Below, in pieces: positions 16,692-26,204 of a stretch of 64,000 nucleotides of DNA (its first letter is position 1; every line of letters starts with the position of its first letter). This stretch comes from Planctomycetota bacterium (GTDB taxonomy: Bacteria; Planctomycetota; UBA1135), in contig JABHIE010000031.1 of NCBI GenBank assembly GCA_018671175.1, forward strand, positions 104,128-168,127. Reading direction: 5' to 3'. The notes beneath the pieces were generated by a model. The model was given only the letters and a program-made list of their open reading frames with translations, had not been told where the DNA came from and ran no database searches. The position numbers and the translations under genes were made by a program.

Positions 16692-17506
16692 GTGCATTAA
16701 CCACCCGTTTACGCTTTGGCTCGCTGATGACTTTGCTTGTCGCGGGTATGTTCTGGGCCGACAAAGACTGGAAGCCCCTGAGCTTGCTTCTCTTACCCCT
16801 AGCCGCAATGGCCGCACAACTCGAGTTCTACGGCATGGCGGGCTTGCTCAAGGGGCGCGAAAAGTTTTATGCCTTAATGTCGGCGGGCCTTGGCTTTTTA
16901 ATTTACGGCTCTTTCTTTTGCCCTGAATACAACTTGGGCGCTGCCGTCACAGCTTCCGTCGCCGCACTTTTGTTGGCTGGCGTTCTCCGGAGCGATACCA
17001 AAGATTCGCCCGCGGTCTTGGGCGTGAGTCTTTTGGGTTTGCTAACCATCCCGCTCATGCTTGGCTTGGCGGGCTGGCTCCGACTCGAATACGGATGGCA
17101 TTGGCTTGTCTTTTTAATCGCTGTCGCCAAAGCCGGTGACTCTTGCGCCTATTTTGCAGGCACAGCAATGGGGCGGCACAAACTCATCCCAAAGGTGAGC
17201 CCCAACAAGAGCTGGGAGGGCGCTGTGGCTTCCGTAATCGGCTCGTTGCTTGTCGCTTGGTGGGTGGCCTCTGCTGCATTCCCGCCCGAGCTTTTTGCCG
17301 ACACCCAACTTTGGGTGGTCGCAGCGGTTCTCGTTAATTTGGGTGGCCAATTTGGCGACCTCTCTGAGAGTTTGCTGAAGCGTGGCTGCAACACAAAAGA
17401 TTCTGCGGGGCTCATCCCTGTGATGGGCGGCTTTTACGATTTGGTTGATTCCTTCCTGCTGGCATCTCCTGCGCTGGCCGCTTGGTTGTTGATCGCGCAC
17501 GCTTAG
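16688..17506 (+). CDS. cdsA: Phosphatidate cytidylyltransferase (CDP-diglyceride synthase)
   Basis: 272-aa polytopic membrane protein with [13 protein letters not shown] and [28 protein letters not shown], a CdsA-signature-like stretch with two deviations. ATGA overlap with uppS; the uppS-cdsA order is classical. Confidence 0.85.
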   Translation: MSALTTRLRFGSLMTLLVAGMFWADKDWKPLSLLLLPLAAMAAQLEFYGMAGLLKGREKFYALMSAGLGFLIYGSFFCPEYNLGAAVTASVAALLLAGVLRSDTKDSPAVLGVSLLGLLTIPLMLGLAGWLRLEYGWHWLVFLIAVAKAGDSCAYFAGTAMGRHKLIPKVSPNKSWEGAVASVIGSLLVAWWVASAAFPPELFADTQLWVVAAVLVNLGGQFGDLSESLLKRGCNTKDSAGLIPVMGGFYDLVDSFLLASPALAAWLLIAHA

Positions 17507-17507
17507 C

Positions 17508-18491
17508 ATGGAGCTACCGATTCCATTGATGTCGCTCGATGAAGAGCAGCAACTCTTTGGCCCTTACGATTGCCATGCCAAGGCATCCTTGCAACGATTT
17601 GGGGTTCGCTTTGCCTCTCGGGACGGTGTGTTGCGCTTGATTGGCGAGGGGGATGCAGTCGCATTGATGGGCGAGCGCGTCCGGATGTTGTTGGCAGGTT
17701 TACGCAAGGGCAAAACTTACAACCCCGGCGAAGCAAACAGCTTGTTATTTGATGGCCAATCCGAAGCTCTCCATGCCGCGGCAACAGAGGCAATATCAGG
17801 TGATTGTCATGAGCCTAAATCCGTCGCTCGTTCAGAAAGTGTGAGCACTCCGGTGGGGCGCCACCCGCGTATGCCACGACCGCGTACTGACAATCAAGCG
17901 CAATACATGCAGGCCATGCAAGACAACAGCTTGGTTTTGGGCGCTGGCCCTGCTGGCACGGGCAAGACTTATCTTGCCGTTGCAGCCGCTGTTTCTGCTT
18001 TGCGCGAAGGGCGCGTAAAGCGCATTGTGCTCACTCGACCTGCCGTGGAAGCGGGCGAGCATTTGGGTTTCCTGCCGGGTGATTTACACGACAAAGTCGA
18101 CCCCTATTTGCGCCCGCTCTTTGATGCGCTTAACGATTTGTTCGGCCCTGCCACGGCCTTGCGCATGAAAGAACTTGATGTCGTCGAGATTGCGCCGCTT
18201 GCTTTTATGCGTGGGCGCACATTAAATCAGTCTTTTGTTATTTTAGATGAAGCGCAAAATGCAACCGTTTCGCAGCTCAAAATGTTCCTGACTCGGTTGG
18301 GCGAGGGCACGGTCGCAGTCGTAACGGGCGACCATACTCAGAGTGATTTGCCATCGGGTCGCAGTGGCTTAGTCGATGCGATGGATCGATTGGCGGGCAT
18401 CCCCAAAATTGCAACTGTGGTCTTCCACAAAAATGATGTCCAGCGAAGCAAGTTGGTGCAGCGTATCGTCGAAGCATACGAGGGCGACTGA
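17508..18491 (+). CDS. phoH: PhoH-like ATPase
   Basis: 327 aa with Walker [40 protein letters not shown]. Followed by ybeY as in many bacteria. Confidence 0.9.
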   Translation: MELPIPLMSLDEEQQLFGPYDCHAKASLQRFGVRFASRDGVLRLIGEGDAVALMGERVRMLLAGLRKGKTYNPGEANSLLFDGQSEALHAAATEAISGDCHEPKSVARSESVSTPVGRHPRMPRPRTDNQAQYMQAMQDNSLVLGAGPAGTGKTYLAVAAAVSALREGRVKRIVLTRPAVEAGEHLGFLPGDLHDKVDPYLRPLFDALNDLFGPATALRMKELDVVEIAPLAFMRGRTLNQSFVILDEAQNATVSQLKMFLTRLGEGTVAVVTGDHTQSDLPSGRSGLVDAMDRLAGIPKIATVVFHKNDVQRSKLVQRIVEAYEGD

Positions 18492-18494
18492 CCC

Positions 18495-18905
18495 ATGGCC
18501 GTTACAACAGATTGCCAGATCCTCGTCGACGCCCCGATTTCTGAAGACGAGGTCAAAACACTCATTTCAAAGGCCTGGGGGCTGTTTGACGGTCAAGACG
18601 GCGCGCGCGTTGAAGTCGTTTTGATGGGGGTGAAAGATCACACGCTTCTGCATAAGCAATTCCTCGACGACTCTACAGAGACCGATGTGATGGCCTTTCC
18701 TTATGGCGACGCCGACCTTTTCGGCGAGTTGCTCGTCAATGTTGACATGGCTCGCCTTCAGGCTGAGACACGCGGTCTTGCTTTTGGCGATGAACTGCGA
18801 CTTTACATTGTGCATGGTTGTTTGCATCTTTTGGGCTTCGATGACCACTGCGACGACGATCGTAAAAAGATGCGCGATGCTGAAAACAAGGTTTTGCAAA
18901 TTTGA
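18495..18905 (+). CDS. ybeY: rRNA maturation endoribonuclease YbeY
   Basis: 136 aa with the metal-binding motif HGCLHLLGFDH. Confidence 0.9.
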   Translation: MAVTTDCQILVDAPISEDEVKTLISKAWGLFDGQDGARVEVVLMGVKDHTLLHKQFLDDSTETDVMAFPYGDADLFGELLVNVDMARLQAETRGLAFGDELRLYIVHGCLHLLGFDDHCDDDRKKMRDAENKVLQI

Positions 18906-19004
18906 ATTTCCTTGTAGCCATGCGTTTTTTCCTTGAAGCGCGGGCCTATTTCTATTCCAATCTTTGCAAGCCGTTTGCGGAGCCCCCTCCGCCTGTCTTT
19001 CATC

Positions 19005-19778
19005 ATGGTCCGCCGAGCAAAACTTACTCCCGAAGAAGAAAAAGCCATAGCGCTTTTGTGGGACAATTATTTCCAGCAAGAGTGCACGGAATCGCGCAAC
19101 GAGTTGGTCGAGCATTATCGACCCGTCGCTGTTGCCGTTGCGCGCAGCGTTAAAAAACGATTGCCTCGCACAGTTGATATGGGTGACCTCGAAGGCGCTG
19201 GCGACATCGGTTTGATTCAGGCTGTCGAGCGTTTTGAGCCAGAGCGTGGCGTGCCTTTCGAGGCTTTCTGCTCACAACGAGTCCGGGGTGCGATTCTTGA
19301 TGAGTTGCGCCGTCATGATTGGTTGCCGCGGCCTGTTCGTAAGCGTCTTAAAGCTCGCAAAGTGGCCGTCTCTGAATTGAGCCAAGAATTAGGCCGAGAC
19401 CCGCTCGAAGAAGAAATCGCCGTGGCCCTAGAGATGAGCCTCCAAGATTACCGACATTATTTTGGCAACGGCAAAGATACGCCTGTGCTTGCAGGTGGCC
19501 GACCAGCCAACGGCGGTCAAGAGGGGCAGCATGGGCTTGACTTCCTCGAAGACCCACGCGCCGAGGATCACCCCGACCCCATCCATGTGCGCGAGATGCT
19601 TGAGCTCATTCGTTGTCACATCGAGCCTGAGGCGCGCGAAATCCTTTTTATGAAGTATTTCCTTGGCTATTCACTGAAAGAAATCGGTCAAGAGCTCGAT
19701 CTCTCACTTTCGCGTGTGTGCAAAATTCATGGGCACATCGTCGATCGCCTGAAAGAGCGCTTCGGCAGCAAGGTTTAG
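19005..19778 (+). CDS. Sigma-70 family factor, FliA/WhiG (sigma-28) type
   Basis: Region 2 (DLEGAGDIGLIQAVERFEPERGVPFEAFCSQRVRGAILDELRRHDWLPRPVR) and region 4 (FLGYSLKEIGQELDLSLSRVCKIHGHIVDRL) are present. The DW.PR.VR motif is characteristic of FliA-type sigmas. ATG at 19005 preferred over the upstream start at 18933. Confidence 0.82.
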   Translation: MVRRAKLTPEEEKAIALLWDNYFQQECTESRNELVEHYRPVAVAVARSVKKRLPRTVDMGDLEGAGDIGLIQAVERFEPERGVPFEAFCSQRVRGAILDELRRHDWLPRPVRKRLKARKVAVSELSQELGRDPLEEEIAVALEMSLQDYRHYFGNGKDTPVLAGGRPANGGQEGQHGLDFLEDPRAEDHPDPIHVREMLELIRCHIEPEAREILFMKYFLGYSLKEIGQELDLSLSRVCKIHGHIVDRLKERFGSKV

Positions 19779-19792
19779 CCGCTAAGCGGTCT

Positions 19793-20596
19793 TTACAGCG
19801 CGGCTTGAATCGCGAGCATTTGCTCGAGTACAGGGCGTAGCTCGTGCAGCGGGATCATGTTGGGGCCGTCAGAGGGCGAGCGAAGTGGCTCGGGGGGCGT
19901 CTCGATAAAGAAGCCGTCGTAGCCTGCCGCGGCTCCTGCCCGAAGTAAGAGCGGCGCGAGAGTCCAGTCGCCGCCGGTCGTGCCGTCAGAGCCAGATGGC
20001 CGCTGGACGGCGTGGGTCGCATCGAGCAACACGGGGTAACCCGAAGCTTGCATTTCAGGCAGGCCCGTCATGTCGACAACTAAGCGGCCGTAGCCAAAGA
20101 AAGACCCGCGCTCGGTCAGCATCACATTTGGGTTGCCCGCTGAAGTGATTTTGGTCGCCGCGCGGACGACATCAGCGGGGGGGAGGAATTGCCCTTTTTT
20201 AATGTTCACGACTCGACCTGTCGCGGCTGCTGCTAAGAGTAAATCAGTCTGGCGGCATAGGAATGCAGGAATCTGCAAGATGTCAGCGACTTCTGCGGCA
20301 GGTGCGCATTGCTCGGGTAGATGCACATCGGTGACGATGGGCACTTGCAGCTTTTCTTTAATCTCAGCCAGCAAGTCGATGCCCTCTGTCAAGCCGGGCC
20401 CCCGACCCGAGCTGGCTGAAGTGCGATTGGCCTTGTCGAAACTCGCTTTATAAGCCCATCGAAAGGGCAGCTCGGCAATCACTTCTGCAATGCTTTGAGC
20501 CTCGTCTACCGAAACGCGGCCTTCAAGCACGCAGGGGCCAGCCAACAAAACGGGTTGAGTCGAGTCAGCGGCAGTGGGGTCTAAGAAGGAACTCAT
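19793..20596 (-). CDS. kdsA: 3-deoxy-8-phosphooctulonate (KDO8P) synthase, Cys-containing (metal-dependent-type) form
   Basis: 267 aa with AGPCVLE, KASFDKANRTS, QIPAFLCRQTDLL, NIKKGQF, DATHAVQ and SDGPNM motifs. Confidence 0.9.
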   Translation of the reverse strand: MSSFLDPTAADSTQPVLLAGPCVLEGRVSVDEAQSIAEVIAELPFRWAYKASFDKANRTSASSGRGPGLTEGIDLLAEIKEKLQVPIVTDVHLPEQCAPAAEVADILQIPAFLCRQTDLLLAAAATGRVVNIKKGQFLPPADVVRAATKITSAGNPNVMLTERGSFFGYGRLVVDMTGLPEMQASGYPVLLDATHAVQRPSGSDGTTGGDWTLAPLLLRAGAAAGYDGFFIETPPEPLRSPSDGPNMIPLHELRPVLEQMLAIQAAL

Positions 20597-21516
20597 GGAA
20601 TTAGTTTATCTGGGACAAGCAGTGGCAAACTCTTGCCGTCGAGTGCAAATTCTACGGGGGTTGTGCCGACATACTCGCCATCGACTTGGACGGGGCTACC
20701 ATCCTCGCCTGAGAGGGGCTCGATTCGCACAGCTTTGGCGGTGAGCGACACGACGCCCGGTGCTTTGGTTAACTGTCGAGTCGCCGCGGCTAGTGCAAGA
20801 GCCGAACCCGTAGCAAGATTGATTTTTGGGAAGAGGTAGACCTCCCAGAGACCGTCGTCGTAGGTGGCGGGCCCCAGCTTGAGCGCCTGCCCACCATAAT
20901 TACGGATGCCATAAACCACACCATATTCAAAGACGCCCATGTCTTTGCCGTCAACCCAAACGCGTTGAGGGGTGGGTCGCCAGTCGCGCACCAACTGCAG
21001 AAACAGCGGGACATACTCAGACATCTTGACCGTCCCGCCGGATCGGTGGGCATCCATGAGGCGCATCAGCTCACCGTCGAGCCCGAAACCCCACCCCATG
21101 AAACTGCGCTGTTTCGGGCTCTCGCGCATGGATTCGCCGTGGACCTGCAGCACGCCCGTGTCAAGCTGCAACACCTCGCCTTGCTCGATGAGATCGACCA
21201 TCTTGGCAATCGTGCGTGGCAGCTTTAATTCACGCGCTAAAACATTGGCTGTGCCGAGCGGGATGAACACAATCGGCGGCGGGGCGGATGGCAAGGTTTG
21301 CAAAACCGCGTTTAAAGTGCCGTCACCACCCAAGACCACAAGGCGATCTGCCGTTTTAGCCTTTTCTTTGGCCCAACGCAGTGTGTCTGCGAGGCAAATG
21401 CCCGTTGAAATCTGGGATGCGTAACCTCGGTTGGCCAGCTCAGCGGCAATCAAGCCCGCGCGCCGTGGGCCACGACCGCGACCCGACTTCGGATTGACGA
21501 GGATTTCGATTTTCAT
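20593..21516 (-). CDS. Diacylglycerol/lipid kinase family protein (YegS/BmrU-like)
   Basis: 307 aa with NPKSGRG and LVVLGGDGTLNAVL motifs. 4-nt overlap with kdsA. Confidence 0.8.
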   Translation of the reverse strand: MKIEILVNPKSGRGRGPRRAGLIAAELANRGYASQISTGICLADTLRWAKEKAKTADRLVVLGGDGTLNAVLQTLPSAPPPIVFIPLGTANVLARELKLPRTIAKMVDLIEQGEVLQLDTGVLQVHGESMRESPKQRSFMGWGFGLDGELMRLMDAHRSGGTVKMSEYVPLFLQLVRDWRPTPQRVWVDGKDMGVFEYGVVYGIRNYGGQALKLGPATYDDGLWEVYLFPKINLATGSALALAAATRQLTKAPGVVSLTAKAVRIEPLSGEDGSPVQVDGEYVGTTPVEFALDGKSLPLLVPDKLIP

Positions 21517-21557
21517 GGGGGATAGATTAACGAAATTCTGCGATAATCCCCGCTCTT

Positions 21558-24263
21558 ATGAGTGAAACCGCCCAACCAGAATTGACCACGCGCTACACCC
21601 CCTCTGAAATTGAGGCTGGTGTCTATGACGCATGGCAAACAGCCGGCCTTTTGACCCCCGCTGAAAAGGGGAGCGATAAGCCAACTTTCACTATCATGAT
21701 TCCGCCACCCAATGTGACGGGCGTTTTGCATATGGGCCATGCGCTTAACAACACTCTGCAAGATGTGATTGCGCGGCATAAACGCATGAGTGGCTTCGAT
21801 ACCCTTTGGGTGCCAGGCACTGACCATGCGGGCATTGCGACTCAAGCTGTTGTCGAAAAACGGCTCTTCCAAGAAAAAGGCTTAACTCGAGAGAGCATGG
21901 GCCGCGAGGCATTCTTGTCAGAAATCTGGAGTTGGAAAGAGCATCACGGCAATGTGATTTTGGGCCAGTTGCGTCGCTTGGGTGCATCTTGCGATTGGAC
22001 GCGCACCAAATTTACTTTAGATGACGATATGTCCACGGCGGTCCGTGAGGCTTTTGTTTCGCTTTATGAGCGTGGGTTGGTGTATCGCGGCGCGCGTTTG
22101 GTCAACTGGGATTGCAAATTACAGACTGCAATTTCTGATGATGAAATCGAGTACAAACAGCAAAAGGGCCACATGTGGTATTTGCGCTATCCGGTTAAAG
22201 ACTCAGGTCAGTTTGTCACGGTTGGCACGACACGACCAGAAACAATGCTCGCCGATACGGGTGTTGCTGTGCATCCTGATGATGCGCGTTATGCCGATTT
22301 GATTGGCAAGACTCTTTTGTTGCCGATTGTTAATCGCGAGATCCCAATTGTCGCAGACGAAAGCGTTGAGCGCGAGCTCGGCACGGGCGCTGTGAAAGTT
22401 ACGCCCGGTCACGACCCCGCTGACTATGAGCGCGGTCGCCGCAACAACTTGCCAATTTTGAATCTACTTGAGAAAGACGGCAAGCTTACAGATGTCGGCG
22501 GCCCTTTTGCCGGCTTGACCAAGGAAGCCGCCCGAAAGGCCGTTATTGAGTGGTTTGAAGCCAATGAGCTTCTTGATCACATCGAAGATATCACGCATAA
22601 TATTTCGATTAGCGATCGTTCGAAAACACCCATCGAGCCACTCGTGAGCGAGCAATGGTTCGTCAAAATGCAACCACTCGCTGAGCCTGCAATTGAAGCC
22701 GTCCATGATGGCTCGCTTGAGTTTAAGCAGGCTCGTTGGAAAAAGGTTTATCTCGATTGGCTAGAAAATGTACATGATTGGTGCATCTCTCGTCAGCTTT
22801 GGTGGGGGCATCGCATCCCAGTTTGGTATGACGAAGACGACACGCCTTTTCCTTCCCGTGTTGATGTCGAGATTGGCTCGCTTCATCCGGATACGGGCAA
22901 GCCCATTGTGCGCCAAGACCCTGATGTGCTTGATACATGGGCTAGCTCTTGGTTGTGGCCATTTGCAACGCTGGGCTGGCCTAACGAAGAGGCCACTGAT
23001 CTTAATCGCTTTTACCCGACTCAGTTTCTGTCGACGGCGCGCGACATCATTTACCTTTGGGTTGCTCGCATGGTGATGGCTGGTTATGCCTTCCGCAAAG
23101 AGCTGCCCATTCAAGAGCGATGCCCGTTCTCGACTTGTTACATCCATGCGACCGTCTTAGATGGCAAGGGTCGCCGCATGAGTAAGTCGGCAGGCAACGG
23201 CATCGACCCCGTTGAGATGATCGAAAAATATGGTGCCGATGCTGTGCGCTATTCACTCATGATTTTGACGCGCGAAGGGCAAGATGTGAAACTTGCGGCA
23301 AACCGCTTTGAGCTTGGGCAGCGATTCTGCAATAAAATCTGGAATGTCTCACGATTTGCTCTTGGCCACCTTGAGGGCGACATTGCCGAAGATTGTGGTG
23401 ATGCGCTCGAAGACCGCTGGATCCAAGCACGGCTTGATTCCGTCACGGCTGAAGTAACGACCGCTTTGGGCCAATATGATTTTCATGATGCCGCGCAGGC
23501 GCTTTATCGTTTCACCTGGGACGACTTTTGTGATTGGTATGTCGAATCGGCCAAGCGCCGCTTACGCCTTGCCGAAGACGCTGGCCTTGATTCTGCTGAA
23601 GCCGCTGACGCTGCTCGCGTCCGTCGCACTCTAGGCAATACTTTGGCGCAGCTACTGAAGTTGCTGCACCCGTTTACTCCGTTCCTGACTGAGCGACTCT
23701 GGGAACACTTACCATCGACCTTCCGCTCAGTTGAAGGCATGCTGATGGGTGCTGAGTGGCCTGTCGTGCAAGACAAGTGTGAGACGCCGGCCGAGGTTGA
23801 TTATGCGGCATTACAAGACGCTGTGCGTGGCTTCCGTAATGTGAGGGCACTGCTTGAAATCGCAGCGAGTGATAAGCCCGTGGGCACAATCCTTGCCAAC
23901 GATGAAGCGATGGCTCAATCCATGCGGGCTAACGGCGACTTGCTGAGTTATCTCGCTGGCCTGTCTGAGCTTCAAGTGCAAACGGGTGGGCAACGGCCTG
24001 CCGATTCAGGCACCGATTTGTTTGTTGGTGGTTCGGTCTTCTTGCCATTCACGGCTGAAACGGATGCGAGCAAATTGCGTGATTCACTTGAAAAGAAGGC
24101 TCTGAAAATAAGCAAAGGCATTCAAGCGATTGATGGCAAATTGGCCAACGAGCGTTTCATTCAGAATGCTGGTGATGATGTGGTCGAGAGCGAGCGGCAG
24201 CGGCGTGTAGAGCTTGAAATCGAGCACTCGACTCTAAAAGCAAATCTGAGCGCACTTTCTTAA
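21558..24263 (+). CDS. valS: Valine--tRNA ligase
   Basis: 901 aa with HIGH-type PPPNVTGVLHMGHAL, KMSKS-type RMSKSAGN and a C-terminal coiled-coil. Confidence 0.97.
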   Translation: MSETAQPELTTRYTPSEIEAGVYDAWQTAGLLTPAEKGSDKPTFTIMIPPPNVTGVLHMGHALNNTLQDVIARHKRMSGFDTLWVPGTDHAGIATQAVVEKRLFQEKGLTRESMGREAFLSEIWSWKEHHGNVILGQLRRLGASCDWTRTKFTLDDDMSTAVREAFVSLYERGLVYRGARLVNWDCKLQTAISDDEIEYKQQKGHMWYLRYPVKDSGQFVTVGTTRPETMLADTGVAVHPDDARYADLIGKTLLLPIVNREIPIVADESVERELGTGAVKVTPGHDPADYERGRRNNLPILNLLEKDGKLTDVGGPFAGLTKEAARKAVIEWFEANELLDHIEDITHNISISDRSKTPIEPLVSEQWFVKMQPLAEPAIEAVHDGSLEFKQARWKKVYLDWLENVHDWCISRQLWWGHRIPVWYDEDDTPFPSRVDVEIGSLHPDTGKPIVRQDPDVLDTWASSWLWPFATLGWPNEEATDLNRFYPTQFLSTARDIIYLWVARMVMAGYAFRKELPIQERCPFSTCYIHATVLDGKGRRMSKSAGNGIDPVEMIEKYGADAVRYSLMILTREGQDVKLAANRFELGQRFCNKIWNVSRFALGHLEGDIAEDCGDALEDRWIQARLDSVTAEVTTALGQYDFHDAAQALYRFTWDDFCDWYVESAKRRLRLAEDAGLDSAEAADAARVRRTLGNTLAQLLKLLHPFTPFLTERLWEHLPSTFRSVEGMLMGAEWPVVQDKCETPAEVDYAALQDAVRGFRNVRALLEIAASDKPVGTILANDEAMAQSMRANGDLLSYLAGLSELQVQTGGQRPADSGTDLFVGGSVFLPFTAETDASKLRDSLEKKALKISKGIQAIDGKLANERFIQNAGDDVVESERQRRVELEIEHSTLKANLSALS

Positions 24264-24278
24264 GTGCACTCAGATTTG
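24241..24278. terminator. Hairpin spanning the valS stop; candidate bidirectional terminator between convergent genes
   Basis: caaatctgagcgcac-tttcttaa-gtgcactcagatttg has 15-nt arms with one mismatch; the loop contains the valS TAA. Confidence 0.5.
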
Positions 24279-24312
24279 AGAGGCCAAGCCAGAGTTTGGC
24301 GGAAGAGTCGAA

Positions 24313-26124
24313 CTATTCCTTGGGCTGAATCACGCCGTAGTAATCGCCGCTCCAGTAGTCGGCAATGGCGAGTGACCCTTGATTGCCGAGTGGCTTGAGG
24401 CGGAAGCGGAACGACCATGCTTTGCCACGAGGCCCAGCAACAGCAAGCCGGAACTCAACGGCGTCTTTGTCAAGATTGATGCTAACCTCATGCTTAGCCG
24501 CACCAGCGCGCTCAAGCTTAGGTGCGTTAACCATAGGGATGACGCCTTGAATCACACCTTTTGAATCTAGGATGACGAGATGGGCGTCGCCTGGCTTGTA
24601 AAGATAACCCTTGAGGTCGATGCCTTCGCCGTTTGGCTCTGGTATCTCTTTGGGCATAAAAATCTTGGGCACAATGCCACCCGCGAGAAGAATTTCTTCT
24701 TTCTTCATTGGGCGCAAGTAGGCCAGGATAAATTGCCCGGGTGTAGAGTTTGGCTCAGCAAGGTTTTCTGTGCTAACAAGAAGCCCAATTGGAATGGGCC
24801 GCTTTTCGTCTTTGCACAAAGTGTTCATCTTGCGGTCGTTTTGGAAATCTAACTCTCGCAATGGTGCAATAGCCAACATCTCGTAACGACCAAAAACGCC
24901 ATAGCCCTCTGGCGGTGTCGTTTCCGGGATGCCTTTCTTGGGCTTTTCGCGCTTGCTCGCAATCTGGCTTAGGTCTGCCATTAGGTGCTTTTCAAGGCCA
25001 AGCGTGCCTTGGAAATCAAAGATGCGATGTGGCAAGCCGCCAATGAGTTTGGAAGGAGTATCGGCTCCATAAAGTGTCATGGCGTCTTGGCATGGGATAC
25101 CTGAGCTAGCCGCGCGGAAGCCTACGATGCCTGTGCGGGCTGAACGGTCAATGCCGATGCGTGTCGTCAGGCGACAGAAATCTGCGCCGTTTTGGAAGGC
25201 TGCACCCTTGATGACACCGTAGGAGGTGTCCCAGTTAGGAGCGACATCGATTTTTGAGTCACCTTTGCCGACTGCGAAAGTCTTAAACCCCGGGTATGCG
25301 CTAAAAGGAGTGTCAACCCATTCCCAGACATTGCCGACGAGGTCAACCACGCCAAAGGGCGAGGCGTTGTCTAGTGAATTTACGGGCAAGCGCTTAAAGG
25401 CCAATCGTTTGCTGCTCTTTGTCACCTTGCAGGCAACTTTGCTTGGGTCCCATTTTTTGCCAAAGGGGTAATCCCATTTGTTGTCACCGCGACCTGCGCG
25501 GACCCATTCTTCTTCTGTGGGGAGGCGCAACCCGGCCCAGCGGCAATAAGCGCGCGCATCTTTGTAGCTGACAAAAACGACAGGCTCAAGTGCACTTGAT
25601 GCGGGCATTTCCCATTCGATTGGAAACTCTTGTGTCTCGCCATTAGGGAGGGTTCCTTGCCAGGTGCCGTCTAGGTGGTGCTCAACCCACCAAGCACCCT
25701 GGGTTAGCTCATTAAAGGACCAAGCGCGCCCATGTTGCTTTTGGCCCGTGTGGATAATCGCGGCTCGCATCTCACGAGAAAATTTAGCCCAAGTCGCAGG
25801 GGGTGCGTAACCCGCGTCTTCAACGAACTGGAGGTACATCTCATTGGTGACTTCCGTGGGCGTGATGCCAAAGCGGACGAGTTTAGCTTGATACTGGGGC
25901 GTTTCAGCACCCAGATACTGGGCATCACCGGCACTAGCGCCAGCTTCGATGCGCTTAACGATGTCTTTTTTGGTGCTACCAATAAGAGCAGTGCCGGCCG
26001 GGATCTCAATGAGGCCGTCAAAGGAAGGGGCTTGCATGGGGGCGAGAGCAAGCAGCAGGGGTGCGAATGGGAGCATGTTATTCAGGGAGTCATCATGAAG
26101 AATGGCTGAATAGGTTAGCGTCAC
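24313..26124 (-). CDS. Secreted formylglycine-generating-enzyme (SUMF1/FGE) domain protein with an uncharacterised ~260-aa C-terminal region
   Basis: FVSYKDARAYCRWAGLRLPTEEEW, VDLVGNVWEWV and IVGFRAASS are hallmarks of the FGE-sulfatase fold. GTG at 26124 is the ORF-track start; the ATG at 26076 (MLPFAPLLLALAP..) is an equally plausible start. Confidence 0.78.
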   Translation of the reverse strand: MTLTYSAILHDDSLNNMLPFAPLLLALAPMQAPSFDGLIEIPAGTALIGSTKKDIVKRIEAGASAGDAQYLGAETPQYQAKLVRFGITPTEVTNEMYLQFVEDAGYAPPATWAKFSREMRAAIIHTGQKQHGRAWSFNELTQGAWWVEHHLDGTWQGTLPNGETQEFPIEWEMPASSALEPVVFVSYKDARAYCRWAGLRLPTEEEWVRAGRGDNKWDYPFGKKWDPSKVACKVTKSSKRLAFKRLPVNSLDNASPFGVVDLVGNVWEWVDTPFSAYPGFKTFAVGKGDSKIDVAPNWDTSYGVIKGAAFQNGADFCRLTTRIGIDRSARTGIVGFRAASSGIPCQDAMTLYGADTPSKLIGGLPHRIFDFQGTLGLEKHLMADLSQIASKREKPKKGIPETTPPEGYGVFGRYEMLAIAPLRELDFQNDRKMNTLCKDEKRPIPIGLLVSTENLAEPNSTPGQFILAYLRPMKKEEILLAGGIVPKIFMPKEIPEPNGEGIDLKGYLYKPGDAHLVILDSKGVIQGVIPMVNAPKLERAGAAKHEVSINLDKDAVEFRLAVAGPRGKAWSFRFRLKPLGNQGSLAIADYWSGDYYGVIQPKE

Positions 26125-26204
26125 CCGAGAAAACAGCCAAACGCGCCACTCAATGGCTTGGAAGCGCGCGCACTTCCTATAGACTGTGCCGAGCCACTGG
26201 TTTC

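Noticed and set aside
18567-19115. 182-aa minus-strand ORF across ybeY and the sigma-factor start
   Set aside because: It is antisense to ybeY, which has the HGxLHLxGxDH motif. No independent support.
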